Assembly (NCBI GenBank): GCA_900617105.1
Contig: UYFQ01000068.1
Location: 62,001-92,167 of the forward strand
DNA: 30,167 nt
Origin: Hydrurus foetidus
Lineage: Eukaryota
Reading direction: 5' to 3'
Shown: positions 23,301 through 30,167 of the stretch, one piece after another
Layout: every line of letters starts with the position of its first letter
Position numbering within the stretch: position 1 is the stretch's first letter
Notes under the pieces: model-generated
Told to the model about the DNA's origin: nothing
Seen by the model: the letters and a program-made list of their open reading frames with translations, nothing else
Database searches by the model: none
Program-made: the position numbers and the translations under genes

Positions 23301-26021
23301 ACATGAGATGTTGTATCGTCGCCGCATTGGTGGAACAATTGCCTGCAGTGAAGGAATAAGAGAACCCAATATGCATAGGGTAGGAGCCTCCTTCGTCAGA
23401 TATCGTGTAGCACAACGGCATGCCCTTGTTTGCAACAGTGGCGCCTTGCACTACAGTCAGATCACCCGCTGCGATGGTATTGGCCACGACCTTCAACTGC
23501 ACAAGGTCGTCTACGAAAAGTGTGGAATTGACTTTCACCGAGAAGTATTTCAGAGATGTGCTCAGCGCTGTAGCGTATAGCGGACTGACGGATGCGTTGT
23601 AGGCGTACGTGCTTGTGTTGCTCGTCCCGACCAGCGTCCACACGGGCAGTCCTGACCCAGAGTTAGTAATACCGTGCAAATAGAATTTGCAAGAGCGCGT
23701 CGCGAAGGTCGCGTTTATGCCTGCCGAGTGGAGAATAAGGTCGGCCGATACGACGGAGTATATGATGGCGTGATGTGGCGTGTTAGGCTCGGTTCGAAGT
23801 TCAGGTGCAGCAAAGTAAAGCAAAACAAAAGAAGTCAAGTCAAGTCAAGTCAAGTCAAGTCAACTTAATTTAGGTCACACAAGTCACGTCACACAAGACC
23901 AGACTAGAATAGACAAAGCTCACCGACTGTGAATGTCACATACGGGCCTGTCATGTAGTCTGTCGGCTGGATGATGGTCAACGCACTCAAAGTGTTCAGA
24001 GCCTGGGGTAGCTGATCATGTTGCATAACGTGGCCCATTGTGATGGTGGTGGTCTCTCCAGGGGCCAGAGAGCCCAGCTGGAACACCACATGAATCGACT
24101 CGTCAAAGTAGTGCATGCGGGACTGATATGCAGGAGTGTTTATGACATCTTTGCCGCCGTATTGAAGCCATGTATTCGCGTACAGTCCCGTCATGACCTG
24201 TGAGATACGGGTTATGGTGATGCCGCCCATCTTCACATAGACGGATGGATGCACTGCACCGGCGCAGACCACTGACTTGAAGTCTACGATCCCACAAGAG
24301 CACACAAGCGCTGCGTTGGGCTGAGTGGGATGTTCATAGTCTGGATGTCCTCGTTGGTACTTCACGTAGTTGTTGGTCATTGTGAGATCGAATGTGTTGC
24401 CGCTGGCTGTGTGTGCTCGAAAGTCGTTGTCAGGGTCCATAGTACGCAAGTCTGTTCAACAGCACAGTACGCACAGACACAGGCACAGGCACGAATGAAT
24501 CAGATAGTGAGATTTTATGATAATACCAGTTGAAATATGATGAATAAGACAGGATCCACTCGGATCGAAGGGAAAGCTACGAAACGAGGTGATATGCTAT
24601 CGAGTGGAGTGGAGTGGAGTAGAGCGGAGCGCAGCTGTAGATCGTTGATATCACGAGGACGATTGACACAAAAGACAGACATAGAAGGTAGAGAGAGTGA
24701 GGAGTGCAGCATGTAGTATGCAGGGGCGGGGAAGTTCAGGGACTCTCTCCTCCACTGGTCGTCTCTTTTCTTCTCTAATCTACTCTTCCCTTCGCTTTCT
24801 TTCTCGACGATAGATGAATGCTTACATTTGAGATTTGTGATCGTCACATCGCCGACATTCTTGAAGGTCACGGTTGAGGTGAAGAAGAGATCGTCATTTC
24901 CGAAGTACGTCGTCATTGTGGCTTGCACCTCATTGCGTGTCACTACCAGCATGCTTGACTGGGAGTCGTCTGAAGAAGTAATCTTGAATGCCGTTGGTAC
25001 GGGCATCACTTTTGGTTTGCCCATCAGACCTGAGTAGTCAAACAACCAAGAACGCAAATGGTCAGACAGACAGACAGACAGATAGATAGACAGACAGACA
25101 GACAGAGAGACAGGCAAACAGGAAAGTGACACGCTCCTTAGGCTGCTGATCATTTCTAGTCTACATGGCTGAACTCATACAAGCAATGTGCCGATTGTAC
25201 AGTGCACTGCAGTGTACTTACCTGCTACCACGAAGTTTCTTTGAGTTGCGCCAGCATCCCACTCCACCAGCCATTCTTGTATTGCAATACGATTTCGAAA
25301 GATGCAATTAGTCACATGATGCTCCAAAATGTAATCATCGTTGACTGCTGGTCGAACCATGTAAACATACACAGCGAGAAAGCGCGCCGAGATATCCGGT
25401 ATACGCTATCGCGGAAGGCGCAGTGAATGCAGTACGACAAGATGCAACACCATACTGCACTACTGCATGCTAAGCTACGTCAGGCCATGCTGTGATATGC
25501 TTAGCTGTGCTCTACATGCATATTACAGCAGGTTAGTTTGCGAGAGTGATGTGCTTACGTTCAATCGGACTCTCAGGAATGAAGAAGTCGCCTGCATAGC
25601 CCTTCGCCCATCCAGTGCGATTGTAATCTGCTATGAACCCTAAGCGGCCAGTAGCATATCCGTCGCCTGCTTTTACAACAGCCCTCGTTCCGTAGGAGCC
25701 GACATTGTGGATTCCTGCAGTGCAATCAAGCATCGAGATTATCAGTCGAACATATTCTGGAGACACGAAGCATAGCAGCACTTACTGACACGACTCATGT
25801 GACGACCTCGCTCACATACCTAGATTGATGTATCTTCCGATCAGAACAACATCACCAGCGAGACAATCAACCGCACCGTGTCGCCGCGTAACAGAATCAT
25901 AGGGCACAACAGTCGTGGTGGAGACGAAGACGTAGTCAGTATAGTCGATGCAATAGCTACTGTTTGCTAGAGCAGCCGCCTTTAAAACTAGATATGAGAG
26001 GACGGTTCCCTGAAGAATCAT
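14325..26021 (-). CDS. Giant (~2,900 aa) type I membrane adhesin/receptor-like protein: signal peptide, 2x[head domain + mucin-like QP(S/T) stalk], IPT/TIG-like, Cys-rich repeats, TM, Cys7, long disordered cytoplasmic tail
   Basis: Phase-consistent model: 26021-25820, 25714-25559, 25275-25222, 25029-24826, 24451-23924, 23720-21426, 21320-21165, 20881-20828, 20635-20432, 20057-19530, 19336-17654, 17582-17400, 17306-16946, 16831-16287, 16180-15810, 15682-14922, 14799-14325 (8,760 nt, no stops seen). Motifs PNITYI..GGEIILLRG (TIG-like), CKAGFYGDEGEYCASC, CNAGYQGSLCKEC and WWSLSLVGAVLFILGMLLACCCCCCC. The start could be 26069; the last exon boundary is uncertain. Confidence 0.75.
18290..18665 (-). 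repeat. Short mucin-like QP(S/T)x coding repeat (stalk 2)
   Basis: SPTSMPSSQPSGQPTAWPTSQPTS... 12 nt period, degenerate. Confidence 0.85.
18604..21564. repeat. Intragenic tandem duplication, copy B
   Basis: Near-identical to 22988-25958 including five introns and their microsatellites. Offset is 4,394 on the right and 4,384 on the left because of 10 nt of indel around the (CAAGT)n intron tract. Confidence 0.95.
21600..23045 (-). repeat. Long mucin-like QP(S/T)(G/S) coding repeat (stalk 1, ~480 aa)
   Basis: About 120 tetrapeptide units QPSS/QPTG/QPSG. A higher-order repeat (QPTEQPSGQPTGQPTGHPISHPTG) occurs twice, 348 nt apart. Confidence 0.9.
22988..25958. repeat. Intragenic tandem duplication, copy A
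   Basis: See copy B. The ORF-track translations in the two copies are identical or differ at only a few residues. Confidence 0.95.
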
Positions 26022-26572
26022 GATAAAAGTACGACTCAGCAAATAAACTCGTCTATTGGGAGTCAACATGTCTTATTTCGCATGACGCAATAGATCGTAG
26101 CAGCCAATGCAGCTCACGGATAACAGAGAAGCATGCATTAAATTGGGATACTTTACCTACTCTCTCGCTGTAGAATGCTTATCACCCAGCGTCAGTCGGA
26201 ATAGGGGCAGACCCAGGGCACACCCTGTGTCATTGATCTGATTTTTTCCAAATGCAGATGCAACGCATCTGACAAGAAGAAAAATAAAAGATAATATAGA
26301 ATAGGATGGTATAAGCAGATGTATTTCGAAGATGAGGAAGATTTCGTAAGCCAATACCTGCTCGGACTGAAAACTCGCAAATAAAGATTTTCTGATCAAC
26401 TGGCTGAACGAACCAGCTCCGCCGGTGGAGAGAACTTTGCATGGCCTTGCAGCTGCACTGTATATTGCATGGTGGGTGACAATTTGCGTCGTCATTTGCA
26501 TTGAAGATAGAGCGGAGAGCATCTCACAAACAAGAAGAATACCTCTCAAAGCTTTCAGGTCTCAAAGGAATA

Positions 26573-26720
26573 GCTATTTTCACCACGAGGGCGTAATTGA
26601 GCTTTTACGGCCGAGGGTTCTTTCGTGATTTTGAGCCAGAGGGCGCAGCCCAAGGAGCTCAATTCACTGAAAAAAACCCCGAGGAACGGAAAAGATCTAC
26701 GCCCAAGTGGTGAACATCGC
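26573..26720. mobile_element. Imperfect palindromic non-autonomous element
   Basis: Arms TTCACCACGAGGGCGTA / TACGCCCAAGTGGTGAA and GTGATTTTGAGC / GCTCAATTCAC around a central GGGC-GCA-GCCC hairpin (26641-26651). No TSD seen. Confidence 0.6.
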
Positions 26721-26780
26721 TTAGAGTGGTTTACCTATTGTTTCTTAAATTTCAATTAAGAGCACACTAAATTTTTTGGG

Positions 26781-26910
26781 AATACGGATTTAAATATCAA
26801 AATCTGTATTCCGTACTTGTAATATCTGTATTCCGTATTGTGGGGGGGCTCGTATCTACGTGCCTTGTGGGGGATAAAGCCCCAACCTGGATTTGGATAC
26901 GGAATACAGA
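26781..26910 (-). repeat. Dispersed repeat or element-end motif with TCTGTATTCCGTA direct and inverted copies
   Basis: TCTGTATTCCGTA occurs twice (~26803, ~26825) and once inverted (TACGGAATACAGA, ~26898). The core 26827-26878 is the inverted match to 13463-13513. Confidence 0.65.
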
Positions 26911-27113
26911 ATGTGCATACCGGATAACAGTAATTCAATGTCCAACATTCTCGATTTGATTTCTGTGAACACAGGATGTGTAGTGCAATAGTGCAAAAAA
27001 ATTGAGTATAAAATTATATAAAATTATTTTTTTTATTATTACTTGAGAGTTTTTATTATTGCATTTGTAGTTTAAGACAATTTAATTAATGAATTATTGA
27101 TTGATACATTATG

Positions 27114-30100
27114 TTATATTTCATCCAAATTATTGACAGTTTCACGCGATGGTACTTGTGGTGTTTCTTCTATTCTACATGTTCTTGTGGTGTTTCTTCA
27201 TTTTGTTCTTGTGATGTTCCGACTGAAGAAGATGTTATTAAAACATGTGCAGGTTTTGTCAAGTCATGCAATATTCTATCAGTACGCGCCTTGAATTCAT
27301 TAAAGGTTTCATGTAATAGTGGTATTCTTGCATTTTTAAGTGCCGCATGCATAAAGTTTAATATGTGAAAGCCACAGTCAGTATTAAGTTCCAAATTTTG
27401 GAATTTGTCTGCTGCGTTTAAGGTATCGTATCTCCAGTCTGATTCCGGAATTTCCGGATAATAGTACCGTAAAAATGAAACTGTATCCTCCACACATCTG
27501 ACTGGCAATCTGTTATTATCCAAGCTATCGCACACCATTATTTGTTTGTATTTTAATGAGATTATAACGAGGATCCAGTGTCCGTCTGATTGGATTGGGA
27601 ACATAATCTGTGATAACGTTATCGCGTAAGAAATCAGAAATTAGCTTGAATTGTCAATTGATTATTTATCGAGGAACATTTTGATTTATTATCGTACCTT
27701 TTGAAAATTTTTAAAATCTTCTTTTTTCGGGAAATGTCCAATTACGGTTGTGCATCTAATTTCATTTTCTTCGTCGTAAGGTTTTATTAGCGGATATTTT
27801 GGTATTAATTCACCATATTCTTCTGTACCCGTTGGCTGTTGTAATTGTGGTGCATTGAATTCATCCGTTTCTTGTACTACGTATCTTAGTGCCATTATAT
27901 AAAAATCTACATTTAATATTATAACGTCTGTTATTTTCGCCAATTTGTGTTTGTGATTTAAATGATTTATATATAAATCGATTTCGTCACTCACAAGCTC
28001 TTCGTCTGTTCTTACTTTAGCAATTCTTGTTGAGTTTTGCCCACGACCAATCCTTGGCTGGCTTGCGGAACTGAAAAATGTTGTTACCGGAATTGTGCAT
28101 GTATTCCTGTTTCTTAACGTAATTGTTATATTGTATGGGTTAAATTTTGTTTTTGTTTGTCTAGGTTTATTCACTCTTTGCTTATTACTTCTAGTTACTT
28201 CTTCTAATGTTGTTATCGTCGCTAACGCTGTATTATTTGTTTGTCCGAGTACTTGTATATTATTTGTTGTTATATTTAAGTTATTATTTTCATTGGTCGG
28301 TGAATATTGCTCTGTGTTATTAATTGTTATGTTTTCAGTAAGTAAAGGTGCTGTACTAATATTTGTGACTATGGTTTCATTTAATACAGTACTAAGTTCT
28401 TGTCCGGAAACTACTACATCGCTCTGCGATTCATTACCTATTAGAGCGTTGAATGTTGCATTTGGTATATTGAATGATTCATTTTGTTCATTATCATTTT
28501 TGTTGTTTTCAAAAAAGCAATTTACTATAAATTTAAATTCTTCCTGTTTTGCAGTAGTTTAACTTCGCATTTTTATTGTTATATGATCCATCCATTCACG
28601 ATTTTCATGAACCTAAGTTTAAGTGGTTGAAATATGTGTTAATTAATTAAAACGCTGAAAACCATGTCACATAATTGTCTAGCATTAGTTATTATGTTAT
28701 GTTTACCTGTGCTATTACTTCACTCAGGATGTGGAGTACCTCGGCCTCAGTATCACAGACTATTTGGGACACCTCTGCTGCAGATTGACTAGCTGTTTGC
28801 ATCACTGCTGCAGGTTCATTTACTGGCCGTATCTCGTCCTATTTAACGATGTATTGATTATTTCATTTTGAACTGTTATCTTTTTTTATTTATATTGTTG
28901 TCTTATTTAACAAGCTTACCGTAATCTCTTGTATGTCACAGGTGGTAGACACTTGGGTCTGTTGGCCATCGTCCTCGTCTATAGGAGTACTCATATCATT
29001 TTGCTGCGTTAAAAAATGTACATACAGCAAATAAGGAGTCTCAATATTACGATAATTATTTGTATTGTTACGTACATCTATGTCATCTTCTGAGGTATAT
29101 CTCTGTAATTGCTGTCTTGTAACTGTTTTCGTACGCGTCTGTCATAGGAGTGGGATATTAGAATTAGAGAAGTCAATAAGTGAATTCAATTTAACTTAAT
29201 ATGCCGTACCTGCGAGACATTTATCTGTGTTGTCTCCGCGTCGATGGGCTCAGTTTCTTTTGCCAACTGCCATTTTCATTAATCAAATTAGTATCCGATT
29301 GTTTGTTGACGGTGTTACGTTGTTATATTGATATTGACTTACCGCGTCTTTTTCCAGTCGTGCTTTTTTCCTTGCAGCTGAAACTTTCTTGTTGTAAGCT
29401 GTTGTTTTATTCCAATCTAATGGAATGTCTTTGTCAGCAAGGCAGAACAAGAATTCCTTGTAATCTTGTTGTGCTCTACGAGAGAAGTCTGATAATTTTC
29501 TTCCTAATTTCGTTTTGTGAATATTTTGCAAACTGTACCCGACCAGTGTCTGCTTGTTAAGAATGCATTAAGTTTCCATCAGCCAGAGAATATTGGATTC
29601 GACATTGACTTGTCAATTTTGAAATGTATTGCTTACCAGTAGATCGTCATTAAGCTTTCGCACTCGCAGAGTCTCATTGTTCAACTGTATAATTGAAACC
29701 TTCGTGTCAGGAAGTGCGTCGACTATGTTGATGGCGCGTCTGTAATCAAAAGTTCCATGGATTAGCTCATTTGAAACGATTTTTATATAGCTGCTGATCG
29801 ACTTACAGCAATTTGATGAGGTCGAATTTCTCATTGTTTCTGCGGAATTTCTCAACAGCGTATTGATTGAACATTATTCTTTCTCCAAGACATGTTTTGT
29901 ATGTCGGCTTTGCTTCAATAAAACTCTGGAAAAAGTACACGTTTGTCTGAAGCTTGCTGATCAGAGCGTCTTTCTGAGCTTCAGATGTGTAGAGGTCACG
30001 GAACATCTGCGTGTAAAGTTGGCATTTGCCATACGATTCAACGCATAGCATAAGCTGTTCGAACTTAATTGCTCCACCGACGAGATCCATGAATTGTTTT

Positions 30101-30167
30101 GGCGGTTGACGAGTTTCATAAAGCACCACATGCCCGGTTGTGTCACGTGGTAAATCATCGTCTTCCG
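27114..30167 (-). pseudogene. Degenerate multi-exon gene ending in a Ulp1/SENP-like C48 peptidase domain, probably transposon-borne; 5' end is outside the window
   Basis: Splice FQK/IMFPIQSDGHWILVII...VCDSL...FQNLELNTDCGFHIL gives the His-Asp-Gln-Cys order of C48 proteases, with upstream LVSDEIDLYINHL. In-frame TAA at 28559-28561 inside an otherwise open exon (~28612-27695), an apparent frameshift near 27170, and broken ORFs at 29283-30129. Region is noticeably AT-rich. Confidence 0.75.

Noticed and set aside
18604..25958. Duplication as a pure assembly artefact, or as two separate genes or LTRs
   Set aside because: The copies carry distinct SNPs and indels, the junction is in frame with a unique linker, copy B has no start or signal peptide, and there are no LTR hallmarks. 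Read support is still needed.
26157..26628. Short ORFs upstream of the giant gene as extra coding exons
   Set aside because: The candidate donor at 26156 is preceded by a TAG in the required phase and no motifs are present. Probably UTR or promoter.
28095..28562. 155 aa hydrophobic plus-strand ORF; also stop-codon reassignment at the TAA at 28559-28561
   Set aside because: The ORF is the antisense shadow of an Asn/Thr-rich minus-strand exon. A single in-frame TAA in a gene with other lesions fits decay, and long ORFs elsewhere contain no in-frame TAA or TAG.

Overview
Eukaryotic, intron-rich genomic DNA. A stramenopile such as a chrysophyte-like ochrophyte is the likely source; this is inferred from the QPS/QPT stalk repeats and gene style. 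Almost all coding is on the minus strand. Left to right: (1) the 5' part of a spliced orphan gene with a MITE in an intron; (2) a CFAP97/Hemingway-domain gene; (3) a ~10 kb transposon cluster made of a TA-flanked MITE, a 3'-truncated and frameshifted Ty3/Gypsy element, an orphan spliced gene sitting where the 5' LTR should be, and an apparently intact 2,715 bp hAT transposon with TIRs, a perfect 8 bp TSD and a spliced 718 aa transposase; (4) a 58 aa single-TM ORF ending in KKxx that falls below the ORF-track cutoff; (5) a hand-modelled 17-exon gene of about 2,900 aa encoding a type I surface protein, built by a recent in-frame tandem duplication of a ~3 kb exon+intron cassette, with two mucin-like stalks, IPT/TIG-like and Cys-rich domains, a TM helix followed by Cys7, and only phase-1 introns modelled in the ectodomain; (6) a palindromic element; (7) a degenerate AT-rich gene ending in a Ulp1/C48 protease domain. 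A ~50 bp imperfect inverted repeat pair 13.4 kb apart brackets the surface-protein locus. All gene models were read by eye from GT-AG sites and frame phase. No database searches were run.
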